From Dendrobates tinctorius (Eukaryota), in contig NW_027361695.1 of assembly GCF_039654945.1 (NCBI RefSeq), forward strand, positions 17,422,001-17,486,000: a stretch of DNA of 64,000 bases, given 5' to 3'. This document shows positions 24,725 through 38,057 of this stretch, piece by piece. The notes below the pieces were generated by a model that did not search any database, had not been told where the DNA came from, and saw only the letters and a program-made list of their open reading frames with translations. Position numbers and translations under genes: made by a program. The number at the start of each line of letters is the position of its first letter. The first letter of the stretch is position 1.

Positions 24725-27428
24725 TGTTACAATCGCGGATGCAGCATGGCTTACCCAGCCAATGCTCTCATGTCATCAAACTATAACGACGACGGGGTAT
24801 GCGTCCCAGGTGATCGTGGAATGTGGACCCACTGGACCACAGGGGGGACCCGGGCCTACCCGGACTAGGGAAGTGTAGCGACCGGGGTCTGTGGCAGCTG
24901 AGCTTGTGGACAAGATGGCCATATGCAGGACTAAGGCCGGTTTCACATTTGCGCTTTATAGTGCAGCAATGGCCTGCGCACGGCCGCCGCTAAGCCCCGC
25001 CCCCTGCCGGCTCCTTGCCCGCCCCTTCCGGTCATCGCCGCCTACTAGCGCACATGGACGCTTGCGATCTGCGCACCCTATCTTTAGCATAGTGTGCGCA
25101 GATCGTGCGCTGGCCGTGTGCTAGCAGGATTTTGCCGTGCGCCGCGCACTTTTGAAGGTGCGCCGTGCGCGACAAAATGCAACATACTGCGTTCGGCGCA
25201 CACGGGCGCACCTTCAAAAGTGAGCAGCGCACGGCAAAATCCTGCTAGCGCAGGCCAGCGCATGATCTGCGCACCCTATGCTAAAGATAGGGTGCGCAGA
25301 TCGCAAGCGTCCATGTGCGCTAGTAGGCGGCGATGACCGGAAGGGGCAGGCAGGGGGCGGGGCTTAGCAGCGGCCATGCGCAGGCCGTCGCTGCGCTATA
25401 AAGCGCAAATGTGAAACCGGCCTAAAAGACACCGCACAACTTCAGGTATGAAGAAACATAAAGTTTACTGAAGTAAAGTAAAAGATGTAAAACACCAGGT
25501 TCCGGAATATGCACATCACGAAGGAAACATATCTCAGGTTGACAGGCGAAGCAAGATGTCATCACGGGTTGACGCAGTCCTGGGTCATCTGGCATGGGCA
25601 TAATAGGATGGCCTCTCTCTCAGGCCTCAGGCGTAGCACAGGCACAGCAGGAGAACATCAGACACCGACCTCGGACTATCTTCAGACGATGGCAGGAGGT
25701 CATCACGGGTTGACACAGTCCAGGGTTATCTGGCACGGGCATACTAGGATGGCCTCTCTCTCAGGCCTCAGGCATAGCACAGGCACAGCAGGAGAGCATC
25801 AGACACTGACCTCAAGCAGCCTTCAGACAACGGCAGGAGCCATCACGGGTAAGACCCCAGGGAACCGGCAGGACATCAGAACATAAGCAACACACAGATA
25901 TCACAGGTCCAGTAATGTTGGCACTACAGCACCGGGCATCGGCTGGTCAGGTCCAGGACTCGCTGGTGGGACCGTCACTGGTGAAATAGAGCTGGAAACT
26001 CCTGGAAACCACGGAGGAGGAATCCATCCAGGAACACGAGAGGGACCGGCTCAAGAGCAGAACTTGGACCACCCGAACCATTGACTGGACCTCTGGACAC
26101 AGGCGGGACATGGGAACACGGACTGGACATCAGAACACGGACTGTACATCGGAACACCGGACTGGACATCGGAACACGGACTGGACATCGGAACACGGAC
26201 TGGAAATCGGAACATGGACGGGACATCAGGACACCAAGGCACCAGGCCTACATCAGGTCTCAGACAGGACATCTGGCCATCAGGACACCAGGCGGACATC
26301 AGGTCTTAGGCAGAACATCAGGACTCGGATCTCAGGTAGAACATCAGAACACTGGCATCGGACTCCGGACATCTGTCAGCGATCGACAGGCTCTGGACAT
26401 CAGGCTGCAGACATCAGGCTCCGGATATGAGGCCGTAGTCATCATGCTCCAGACATCTGGCAGCGATCGTCAGGCTCCGGGCATCTGGCAGGGAAGGATA
26501 GGATCGGGACATCTGGCGGAGGACATCAGTCACCGGACATCTGGAAGCGGTCGTCAGTCACCGGACATCAGGCCACGGTCATCAGGCTCCGGACATCTGG
26601 CAGCGACCTAAAAAGGAACTGAAGCGGTCTGGTGAAAACCCCGCCGGGTTGAACTGGAGCCAGTCCGGGATTGCACCGAGTAACAAGATGAGCTCAGAGT
26701 AGCAGAAGCTCAGCGGACACACCGGACTCCTACTTCCAAGATGAACCCAGGTTAGATCACAGAAAGTCAGTTAGCAAAGAGTCACAGTCACTGGGCACAG
26801 GGTTCAAGACACAGAAGGACTTCAGGAACATAACACAGCAGGAATCAGGACTAGGACTTCATAACACAGCAGGAATCAGGACAAGGACTTTGGTACCAAC
26901 ACATAAACGGGATAAGGCCAGGAACTCAGACATCAGCTGTCCCAAAGCTGATAACAGACTGAACAGAAACGGATCTGGGTACTCTGTCCCCAGAGCAGTT
27001 GAAAGACAGGCATCAGCTCACCTAGAACTGCAGGCAGGCAGGGCAGGTGCTGAACACCAAACAGACATAGCAAGACTCAGAAACGTGATGCAAAGCTCTG
27101 GCAATGCCCCACAAGGCAGGGAAACATTATTTAGGAGCTGCCTCACAGCGATAGGTTGGAGCAGCAATTCTAGCCAACAGCCATTCCTCATAAATGCAGG
27201 GGAGGTGTGGCCGCACACACCCTAAGCACATCCAGACACAAATCAGCATAGCAAAGGACACCTGGCAGCAGCTGCAAGCCTGAAAACACGTTGTAAGTCA
27301 TGCACAACTGCAGAAGACCTTGCAACCCGCGGATAGCTTTCCACAGAGGCAGCCAGGGGAGCCACTCACGCATGTACGGCTACGCAGCAGAGCCAGGAAC
27401 TGAGCAGCATCCATACAGGTAACTGACA
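24725..27428. mobile_element. LTR-retroelement-derived region with internal tandem repeats (boundaries approximate)
   Basis: TG...CA candidate ends; ~143-bp duplication at 25557-25850; 19-bp units ggaacacggactggacatc at 26112-26230; ccggacatctggcagcg units at 26365-26610. No TSD found. Confidence 0.45.
24935..25422. mobile_element. Young GC-rich PIF/Harbinger-type MITE, near-perfect palindrome
   Basis: taa|ggccggtttcacatttgcgctttatag...ctataaagcgcaaatgtgaaaccggcc|taa. Confidence 0.9.
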
Positions 27429-28974
27429 ACAGCATTCCAGCTCATTAGAGGGAAAAGAGCAAAGGGCTAAAGCAGAGATATGCAGATAACGCTGGGCAAA
27501 CAGAGTACAGCGGTGTTACAAAACCACAAGTCCCAGCCACACAAATGTAAAAAAAAACTGCACCTACATTCCACAATACCGTCGGCAGTGCATGCTCGGC
27601 GTCGCCTAGTGGCAGAGGTCTTGGGGCATGATTTAGACACAGACATAACACTCAGGTCCTCATTATGTGGACTTTACTTTGACACATAACACAAAGTATT
27701 AACTTGGTCTCCAAATGACCTAGATCACAATTCCCTGGAACATCTCCGGGATCAAACAATTTGATCTATGAAGGATTCACCTTCAAGATACCAAATGACA
27801 CCATCAGATGTCTTGTGGTGTCCATGCCTTGATGGATCTGAGATGTTTTGGTGGCAGGGATAGGACCTACGAACAATTACATTGGTGTTGTCAATGGTGT
27901 GGCTGGTCATTCGATTGACCAGAAGCAATAATTCTGGTACTAAAATTAACATGACCCTTCATAACTGGAATGGAGCAGAGGCAGTGGCATGTTCTGCCTT
28001 TTCCTCACAAAAAGTTGTTAAAATGAAAAAATCCTGTCTTATATTCCATCAAGGCATGTTGGACTAATGAGTATCCAACGATAATCCGGATCCATGGGTC
28101 AAAGCACGGACGGATCTTGACTTTGAAGAACCATCCACATCTACTGATGGTCACCTTATCTTCTGTTCTCTCATGTGGAAAAGAAAATACAAGTGGTCTT
28201 GGGTCAAGACGTTCATGATCTTGGGCAGCTAATGATTTTGAAAATGGTTATTAGTACCCTGTTAGGAACATTTCTGAATCTTCGGTGATGGCTTTTAGAA
28301 GAATGAGATTTTAGTTTCCAGCCATGTTCCCATCAGGATAAGGTCTGATGACCAAATTACCCATTAGAATATCTGCGCTATGACCCCCAGTCTTTTCCTA
28401 TCTCATAAATTATTCCTTTGTTCCACAAACTGCAGAAAGCCTGACACAGGCTGTGACCCTGATTTATAATAGATTAAAGGAAATCAATTTATTTTTGTGT
28501 TTAATATTTAGTTTACCTACAATGTTAAATGTCACATTTTCTTCAAAGGAGGCTTCAAAACACGTCCGTCCTGTCCCGCTTCATTAGGTGAGCTGCCTGG
28601 GGGTGAATCTGAAATATATGTAATTAACTGGCAGCATTCAGAATGCAGAACAAGTTATTTCTCAAGTGGAAATGGACGAAACGCCGCTCCGTGTGCTCGT
28701 CCATGGGAAGTAAAGACGTCTTGTTTACCAAACTCTATGCCCCTCGGCCCTTTATGTTCCCCCTACAACATCCATTATCGGAGTAGAGTAAATATCACCC
28801 ATGGTTTAAGGCTGGGTTGACACGTTGCAGGATTGGTCATTTTGTTTTCCAAAATGGGGTAGTCAATTATAAACAATCACAGCAAAAAAAAAAAAAATAC
28901 TCCACACATTTTGGATAATTGCTGTCCTCCAGCTAACAAAAACAAAATCAGAAAAAAAAACAAAAAAAACTTTC

Positions 28975-29480
28975 CTTTACTCACCCTCCACAGGTCCAGC
29001 AATGAGTCTGCTGATCTAGGTTTCGGTTATGATCTTCAGTGCTGATGTCACCCCACCAGCGCTGTCGCCAATAACTCAGCTTGTTTAACAAAAAAAACTA
29101 ACAAAGAAATAAATATGTGCTTTACTCACCCTTCACAGGTCCGGCAATGAGTCCGGCACCGCTGATCTAGATGTCTGTTATGGTCTGCACTGCTGTTGTC
29201 ACACCAGCAGTGCTGCAGACAATAACTGCAAAAAAAAACCCCTGTCCTTTCATCACCCTTCACAGGTTCGGCAATGAGTCTGCATCGCTGATCCAAGTGC
29301 TATGCTCTGCAGCAGTGCTGATGTCACACCAACCACTCTGTAGCCAATAACTGAGCTTAGTGCCTTTACCCAAGTTGACAACACTACTGCCACTGATCTC
29401 GCTGATTGGCTGCAGCTCAATAACAGACACCAGGAGCAGCGACGGAGAATGTGCGCTGGACCTGGGGAGGGTGAGTAAAG
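28975..29480. repeat. Three tandem ~140-bp units plus one inverted end, MITE-internal
   Basis: tttactcaccctYcacaggtccRgcaatgagtc is repeated; its inverse ggacctggggagggtgagtaaa lies at about 29458. Confidence 0.6.
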
Positions 29481-31899
29481 AATTTTTTTTAAAAATGCAC
29501 CCGAGAGGTATTTTTGAAACCGGAAGGAAAAACTGTAAGGGAAAATAATCTAAATAATAAACTCTATGTATGAAAAAGCACAGAGGATTAACATTGAAAT
29601 GAATAGGATGCATTTTTTCATGGATTTTTGGAGCAGATTCGCTTAAAAAAAAACTGCAGATTGACAATGTAGCTTTAGGGAGAATCTCTTGGAAGATCAC
29701 TTGCCTGGATTCTGTCTTGTAGATTTCACCCTGTCAGTCGGGCAGATGTATATTATCCTGTTTCTTAATAGACGCAATCCCGAGTATCGCCGCTGACTTT
29801 CTTGATATTGAAGCTCTTTATGATGGTTATAATGTCCGGGAGATTATAAACGTCCACATGATATCAGAATGGCTTCTCTCGTCTTTGTTTCTCCACGTGA
29901 CCATTACTAATAAGCCTTTCTCTCTACATCTCATTTTCCTGACTGATGGTTAATATGTTGGCCCTTAATAAATAATGGTAATACTAATAACATTGCTCTC
30001 TTGCTGTCCATCAGTGGCGTCTAGATTCCAGAAGCTGCAATTTGTAACTTGCATAATTGCCATTGCCACATAGTGTAATTAATATGGGGTCTATGGATAT
30101 ATTGTGGTAGAAAATAAAAGAAAAACTGACAAGAGGGGATATGTCATGTGCTACTAATACCGACCACTAGATGTCAGCATAAGAAACTCTCCAGGCTGAT
30201 AAAGTAAGAGCATGTCACTTTACAGCCTGTTGTGATGGGACTCAAACAGAATTTTCTTCATGTAAATTTTGGCTTATTTGTGCCAAATCCGAAACATAAA
30301 TTCCACAGCAATTCCTCCACATGTGAATTCACCATTAATATCAGTTATTGTGAATTATTTTATAGCCATGTCTCCATGTATTTCTCTGCCTTACAGTCGT
30401 TACTAGATAGCAGCTATACTGATTTGCGAGTCTCTCTTTCCAGCATTTACTCCTGAGCAGTTTTTAATGATATCAATTATCCGGATTCGTGCCCTTCTGG
30501 GGTCAAACTATTTTGAGCTTTGCCCTCGCTAATCTCCAGTCTTTTCACAGTAAACAATATTATGTGTTTGACGAGCAACTCCATTCATTCCCGGCATAAT
30601 ATTAGCAGCAAAAAATGTACCGCAGATCATAAGATTGTCTTCACTTGTGTTGTTAGGCAGTTGGCTTGTGGTTAGAAGGGGCCTCCAGAAGGCTAAAACA
30701 TAATTCATACAATGTTGTTTTTTTAATAACGAAAGATGAAGCATTTTACTTTAGGTGTCAGTTGACTCAGATTGTGAAGTTTGCAGTGGAAGACTGTCCC
30801 CAACAAAGAGAAGAAGCCCTAGAAAGGATCTTGTGAACTTCCCCCACTGCGCTTGTAAGGTGGCCAGGGTGCTAGTCGTGGTAACAGGCTGTACGGTTCC
30901 CACACCCTGGCGCCTCCCAGGTAAAATACAATGTCCATTCTGCTGCATGTGCATCGCGCAAAGTAATGCACTCATGGTTACTGTCAAAGTTCCCTCGGCT
31001 TCTGTCACTCCGGCTCCACATTCCTGAGCTTCACAAACCATCTCAGAGACATTATTCTTTTCCAACAGTTTAACTTTACTGAGCAGAAGGGTATTGATCA
31101 CACATGCAGCACAGTGTACGCAGAGAAGCATCTCTCTCTTACCCTGCCTTCTGGACAGCCTCTAAGCTTCCTGATAACTCTATCTCTCTTCTGGCAATTC
31201 CTGCCTTGCTTCTGGACAATCACTGTCCCATCCGTGTCTTCAGTCCCACCAGCTTCCTACCTTCCCCTGGTCAGGCTTCAATGGGAAAACACCTGCACGG
31301 CTCTCAGCCTGTGGCCCCTTCCTGCCGTTGCAGCTTTATCCCCACAGCTGGCAGACTCTCTCACTGCTGCTCCTTACTCCTTGCCCTGGGCAAGGCTGCC
31401 CGGGCTCTGCTGCCTAACTAGGAAGTATCTCTCTTATATTCAACTGCTCTGTACTGCACTGCTCTATCTCCTCGCCACTGGGAAAAACCCTATGCTGCCT
31501 GTACCTAAACTAACACTCCTAAGTCCTATCTCTACTAGGCCCCCATATGTTCTAACCCCACTATTGTCCTATACTACTGCTAGTTCCTATTCTATCCCTA
31601 ATCCTATACATGACACATGGTACATATACATTACAACACATATCAAATACTGTCACAATAATGAACATTAGGGAACTGCACAGACCAGAGAAGGGGAAGC
31701 ATAGGAGGGTCCCTGTCACCTCCTTACACACTGCCTCCTCTTTGTCTCCACACTTCTGCCATGTCAGCTCATACCCTCACAGTCTTCTCCAGTTATCATG
31801 GGTAGGCCATCTTCATTGGTATTCGGTCCCTCTATTTCTCACTCGACCCAAGGATAACCAAGCTACGACTTGCCTACTTTGCACACATCATACAAAGAG

Positions 31900-32120
31900 A
31901 GTAATCACTACAGACATCAGTAGTAGGACATCATGGTCGGAAGAATAGAAGAACAAGGCAAAGAGGAAGACCGTCAACCCAATGGCTTGATACAATCAAA
32001 ATAAGGGCAGAGGAGACCTCTGGTGGACTTAGCTTTGAACAAGATCGATCTTCTAGCAGAGCTTTCATTCATCAAGTCATCATGGCTTGAGATAGAGCTG
32101 AAGGCCGCTAATAATAATAA
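31900..32120 (+). mobile_element. 3' end of an RTE-clade LINE
   Basis: Decayed IMVGRIE..RQRGRPSTQWLDTIK...AFIHQV C-terminus followed by a (TAA)n tail. Confidence 0.7.
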
Positions 32121-34402
32121 TTTCTCTTCTGGCACAACTGGACTCATGCCTCACTAACAAATGAACTGCACCTAGAGACGCTTTTCTCTAGATATCAGGG
32201 GTAAAAACTCATGTAATATACTAAAAATACATTAAAAAATACATGTTGTAATAGACATCTTGGGCTCATCAGGACTTCCAGGAACATCCTACATATGCAA
32301 TCAATTATTAGAGGTAAGCAAAAGGATTTTAACGTTACTGGATCAGCGTCCAGTTTGCTCTTCAATACCCGCTGGACTAGGGTAGTGTTCACTTCTGCAT
32401 CGACAATCCCCTGTTTGCATTCTGGGCACCTTTGACACTTACTAAATCCTAGTAAGCAGCATGGCCGAGCAGACAGAGGTGCCCAGGATGCCAGGGCAGA
32501 GAACAGTGCCCTGGTTTGGTTGCCATGAAAAATCGAATTGTTCCCTTCTGCATCGGCAAACTTCTGTCCTGCATGCTCGGTATATCTGCCACTTACCTGC
32601 CCAAGATGTCAAAAGTCCTAGTGACTTGACCTCATAAAACATCATTACATTGCTAGATCCTAGTACGTGCCAGAGGCGCCCAAGATACCAGCCAGATGAT
32701 TGCCGGCACAGAAGTGAACTCTGCATCAGTCCGACTGCTACTGTGGATGGAACTGGACAACATTCCAGGATAATCGTTTCACACATCAGTAACAATTACC
32801 CATCGCCATTGTTTACAGCAAGTAACCAAACGCAACTACAGTAGTAGAGTATATTTTCACTAGAAGCCATTAGTTTCTAAGGAGAGAAAAGCCATGTAGC
32901 CACGAATCTGTCTGCAATAATAATAAAAAATAATTTGTCCTTTTTTTCTCTCAAACATACATATAAAAAAAGAGAGCAAAAGTAAACCCAAAAAGAGGAT
33001 AAAGTGGAGGTCCAAGCTTTAGACGAGGCTTGGACCACAAGCTGTACTAGTACCTTCTAGATTACGGCTACCTGGTCCCAACCCAGCACAAAAAAAGGAG
33101 GGGAAAAAAATGTTCCTCCAATCACCAAGAATTTTTGGGCTACTTTTGGAAATTGCAGAAAAATTGTGACAAACCGGGAATCAGACCCTTCCTGGGGATT
33201 GGTGACTTTTTATGTATCTGGTCCCTTGGAAAAAATTATAAGTTGCCAAAGGAGCAGAAAGGAAACCATTCCACCGATACATCCAAGACCGGACTTTGTC
33301 ATCTGGTTGACCAAATGGTGTCATCTTTAACCCAACTTTTTTTTTTTTTAACTTTTTGTGCTTCATTGTATTTTTGGTGAGTGGTTTCAACTAAATTTTC
33401 CATCAGATCACAGTTCCCTTTTAACAACAGTTATAAGAAAAATGGAGAGAACTTCTTCGGACAGCGCGTTCCCTTTGGAATATGCAAGTGGAGATTTGGA
33501 CACACTTTTTAGCTTTGCAAGTTCTCTTTCATATTAACACAACAGACTGAGACAGGGTGAAATCTGCCAGTTGCCACTAAGCTTTTATGCTTTTCACTGC
33601 CACAGTGACATCTCCTGCTGGTATCCAAGTGATTGATAAAGTTAATACTCCGCTGTGGTTTCATTTCTACCTTTCATCTGCCCCAACCTGTGGTGGAGCG
33701 TTCGAGGAACCTAATGAACGCTCTCTGTTATAGTCTGCAGGACTGTGATTACAGGTGAACTTAAAGACAGTGTGAAAAACTACTTTCTACTTATTTCTCT
33801 GTAAAATGTATTGGCTTTGTCAGATGACTGGATAACACATAAATCAAATTGGGTTTTAATATGTGTTGTTAAACTAAGCAAGAAACCACTTTTGGCTTCT
33901 TTATCGAATTTACTTAAACAAGAGGAAGAAGTCTTGAAATTTAAGGTGGCCATATGCAATGTTTTATTTGAACCCAATGTGATTTTTTTCATTGTGGGTC
34001 ACGCCACGTTTGGGGGTGACTAAAGTTGACTTTGGGGGTGACTAATAGTGCTCAGAAGTGCACAGGTAGTGTGCAAAATGTTAGAAAGTCTCCTTGTGAT
34101 CACATAATCTGGACATATCCCAGTGGTGTTCTTGAGAAGAAATATCTCCTACATCAGGTCAGATAGATCTCAACAAGTATGCTCAGCTAAAGACTACTAA
34201 AGAAATCACGTAGCTTCAGTTCATACTGGTCACACGATGAAAAGCTAATAATCAGATTTTGTATACGCCATTTCTTTGAAACAAATCCTAGGGCAAATAG
34301 AGAAAAAAAAGTCTAATATGGAAGAACATGTTGGAAGAGAAGGCGGAAGAACATGTTGGAAGAGAAGGCTGAAAAACATCTTTTTTTTTTGGTCATCTCT
34401 GC

Positions 34403-34872
34403 AGGAGAGAGAGGGGACCCTGCTAACCATAAGAGCTTACACTCTACAGGAGAGAGAGGACCCTACTGACGATAAGAGCTTACATTCTACAGGAGAGAAT
34501 GGACCCTACTGACGATAAGAGCTTACACTACATAAGAGAGAGGACCCTGTTAACCATAAGAGCTTACACTCTACAGGAGAGAGAGGACCCTACTGACGAT
34601 AAGAGCTTACACTACATAAGAGAGAGGACCCTGCTAACCATAAGAGCTTACACTCTACAGGAGAGACAGGACCCCGCTGACCATAAGAGCTTACACTCTA
34701 CAGAGAGAGAGAGGACCCCACTGGTCAAAAGAACGTGTACTCTATAGGAGACAGAGAAAGAGGACCCCACTGGCCATAAGAGCTTACACTACAGGAGAGA
34801 GTGGACCTCGCTGGCCATAAGAGCTTACACTCTACAGGAGAGAGAGGACCTCCTGGCCATAAGAGCTTACAC
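34403..34872. repeat. Minisatellite, 41-43 bp unit (ggaccct..ataagagcttacactctacaggagagaga)
   Basis: About 11 tandem units. Confidence 0.9.
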
Positions 34873-34931
34873 TATTCAGGCAACATTTATGGCAAATTGG
34901 TCCATGTCATTTCAGGATAAGTTTATTTATT

Positions 34932-35118
34932 CATGTTGGGAGACTGGAACTTACAGCATGCCCCAAAAACATGTTGGGTGACTAGAACTTAAAGCATGTC
35001 CTTGCATCATTTTGCGAGAATAGAACTTATAGAATGCCCTGACAACATGTTGGTAGACTAGAACTTACACCATGGCCTGACAACATGTTGGGAGACTAGA
35101 ATTTATGGCATGCCATGA
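34932..35118. repeat. Minisatellite, ~38-39 bp unit (catgttgggagactagaactta...)
   Basis: About 5 degenerate units. Confidence 0.75.
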
Positions 35119-36219
35119 CCGAGCTGAATTGAGGAGCAATACCATACCTGGAATAGCCACTATAAAATGTATGACGCTGTGCCTGGTAAACAATTAACGA
35201 GAACCTGTCAGCATGATATTGGACTCTTAGGTAAAGACATGGCTGTAATGGGGCTCTGAAACTCATTACAATGATATCTTTTTTTAAGAAATTCGTTTTG
35301 TTGTTCTTGTGTAAGCAGCCGTGGAAGTTTTCGGCTAATGAAGCGCATGTGCAGCGGGGCTAGATGTTTTGTGTGGTCTTCTCCTGCCCATCTTCATATT
35401 ATCTACTTTGACTTTATAAGTGGACATGGTGCTTTTAGGAGTTCTGCAGACACTTCCATGATTTGATTTGTTGGTATAGAAGATCTCCTCTCCCTGATCT
35501 GAAAGATAGACCTTCAATTTCAAACTCTTTTGGAAAAAAACCCTTTGAGATCTCCTGCATTTCGACATGTTGTTTACAGTAGCATGAAAAGTACATGTCA
35601 CACTGTCCACCATATGAACAGCAATCTTCTCCAGCAGCTCCTCCATTGTGAGTCAGCCCCGGCGGGGACCCCATTTCTGAGTTTTTATTTGTCAGCTTTA
35701 GAGCCCTTAACAACGTATTTTAGCAAAGCACCCACCTGTGAACAAAAAACAAGAAAATAAATAAACACATTTATTTTTCTACAGATGTGTCTTTCTTCGC
35801 CCACTCAGACCAGAGGGATCCGTGGTAAATAAAGAGCAAGCGCCATGCAAGCCATTGTATGCCCACGGCACAAATCATCTCAGCTTCAGCATCGAGTACT
35901 TAGCAAAGAATAAGATTCTAGGTGTCGGCTCTTTACTGTGTGACTCACTTCAATCAACGTTTCTCTTTTGATAGACAAATACCCGTCTATAAAACAGGTT
36001 ATCACCATTGCTATACAAAATGTCTTCTGGGGGATGGATCATAGCCTTCGAAAACCATCCCAGCATACAGTCTACCTTGGCTCTCAGCATGACCTGAGAT
36101 GAGCCCAATGGAAACACATATTGAAGTGGATGAATTAGTTTTTTCCTACGTAAATTTACTATATAATGTCTGCGGTAAGAAGAAATGTTGGGTAATTTCA
36201 TGAATGTTGTTATTATTGA

Positions 36220-36815
36220 AAAGTGGAAGCTTTTAGGAACTGCAGAAACTCAGCCATGAAGGGGAGACCACATAAAATTACGGAGCGGCGTCATCAAGTG
36301 CTGAGGAGCAGGTGGCAGAAAAGTCACCACCGCTCTGCTAACTCCACAACTGCAGAGTCCAGACCTCCTCTGGTATTAATATCAGCACAAACACTGTGCC
36401 CTGCTGGGAGCGTCATGGCCGAGGAAACGGCATGCAACCTTACATCACCGAGCACAATGCCGAGAGTCAGATGGATTAGTATGAAGCTGCCACCACTGGA
36501 TTTTTGAGTTTGGTGAATCCCAGGAGAACATTAACTGTCTGACTACATTGTTCCATCTGTAAAGTTTAGTGGAGAAGGAATAATGCTATGGGAATGTTTC
36601 TCAGGGGTCAGCCTCAGCTTCTTTCTTCCAGTGAGGGGAAATTTTAACACTTCAGCACAAGACATATTGAACAATTGTATGATTCCAACTTTGTGGGAAT
36701 AGTTTTTTTGTTCCCTATGACTGGGTGAGTTTGGGTTGAAATATCATGACCACAGAGACTGAACCTCAATCCCATCCAACACCTTTGAGATGAGCTAGAC
36801 CGGAGATTGTGACCC
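36220..36815 (+). mobile_element. Tc1-like transposase remnant
   Basis: GRPHKITER at 36261 and LNPIQHL*DELDRRL near 36765; multiple stops and deletions. Confidence 0.7.
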
Positions 36816-38057
36816 CGGCCTTCTTACTCTGTCTCATATGAGAGAATCCGTAGTATTAATGATGTCAGCTATCAGCGTTTCCTTGTCCCATAGCTTCCAG
36901 GCCATGGCTTCTGCTTTCTTGGAACTCGGAGACAAACGATAGAAATGAAGATCCATCACGTTCAGCAGCGATTGGATCCTTTTCTGTCCTTCGTCCTGTT
37001 TGTACAGCGCATGTCAGCCTTTATAGCCTGTGAGAAAAACAAACGGTGGGAAATTTGTAGAAAGTCTCAGATGGTGTTTTTTTCTCCTGGGCACCATGGA
37101 CAACAGAGAAAAAACACTCGATGTGCACTGACTATCCTTACATTTACGGACGGTTGGCACTCAGCCATGTGCCAGCCCAGGTTTGGCATTGCAACCTTGG
37201 AGCGTGAAGCTATGCCTCTGGATGTAGGCACAAAATGAGATAATCATAGAAGAATGGCTAAGGAACAACTTTGGTTGGAAGACACATACTACATAGTAAT
37301 GCACCTAGATGAGGAAGCCCTCCACAAATATAATGGAAATGTGAGTCGCGGAAATGTTATTGTGTTTCCCACAGACGGCTCCGCGCACGCCATATCCCAT
37401 TAGTATATAAAGCTCGGCTCTCATTTGGTAAACATAAGTCTGTAAATTGTGTCTTCAGATTCATGTATGGAACACATCGGATAATAAGCCGCATGTTGGG
37501 TAATATCCGAGAGCTCCACAACAGTGAAACAAATGAAAGTGATTTCCCAAATGTTTCTGCCAGCAAAGCCAAGTCCCACCAAGGCCTACAGTAAATGAAG
37601 ATATTATGTATTAGGGATAGAATGTATCTGTCATTTTGACAGATTGTGTGGCACGGAACAGATTAACAGATTACTCTTAGTCAGGCGGCAGCAAGCTGTG
37701 AAAAATGTGCAGGAAATGATAACTGTCGGTTTGTGCTGATTTAATGATATTTTGAAGCCATAATAACGGTATAAAAACATGATGAGATGCTTCTCCACAC
37801 TCACTTTTAGGGCCTATGAATGGAGGTCATCCCTTCGATTTAGTTATTCTCTCAGAACTCCAGGTTTCTGAGCACACTACATGGACAAAAATTCTTGGAC
37901 TCTTGGATTCAAAGTGCTTTATGATCCATGTAGTGCTGGACATGTGTTTATTTGACCACAACATTTTATTGGGTCCTGGTGTCTCAATTTAGTGTGATTG
38001 ATTAACGAGAAGAGAGAGCCAAAAAAAAACAAAAAACTTAGCCTTAACCTCCTATAT

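Noticed and set aside
26081-26611. 176-aa repetitive ORF
   Set aside because: Translation of retroelement-internal tandem repeats; no domain.
34403-34872. Regular repeats resembling a CRISPR array or tandem ribozymes (CTGACGA in some units)
   Set aside because: No unique spacers, eukaryotic context and no GAAA core; this is a minisatellite.
35583-35647. Plus-strand exon-like segment (HEKYMSHCPPYEQQSSPAAPP) with a gtgagt donor
   Set aside because: Weak acceptor. The two CFAP20DC exons join directly in the recalled homologue, and this segment is not phase-compatible.
35335-35713. Overlapping minus-strand ORFs of 103 and 92 aa
   Set aside because: Neither is in an open frame with the nearby acceptor, both extend past the AATAAA, and no domain is recognisable.
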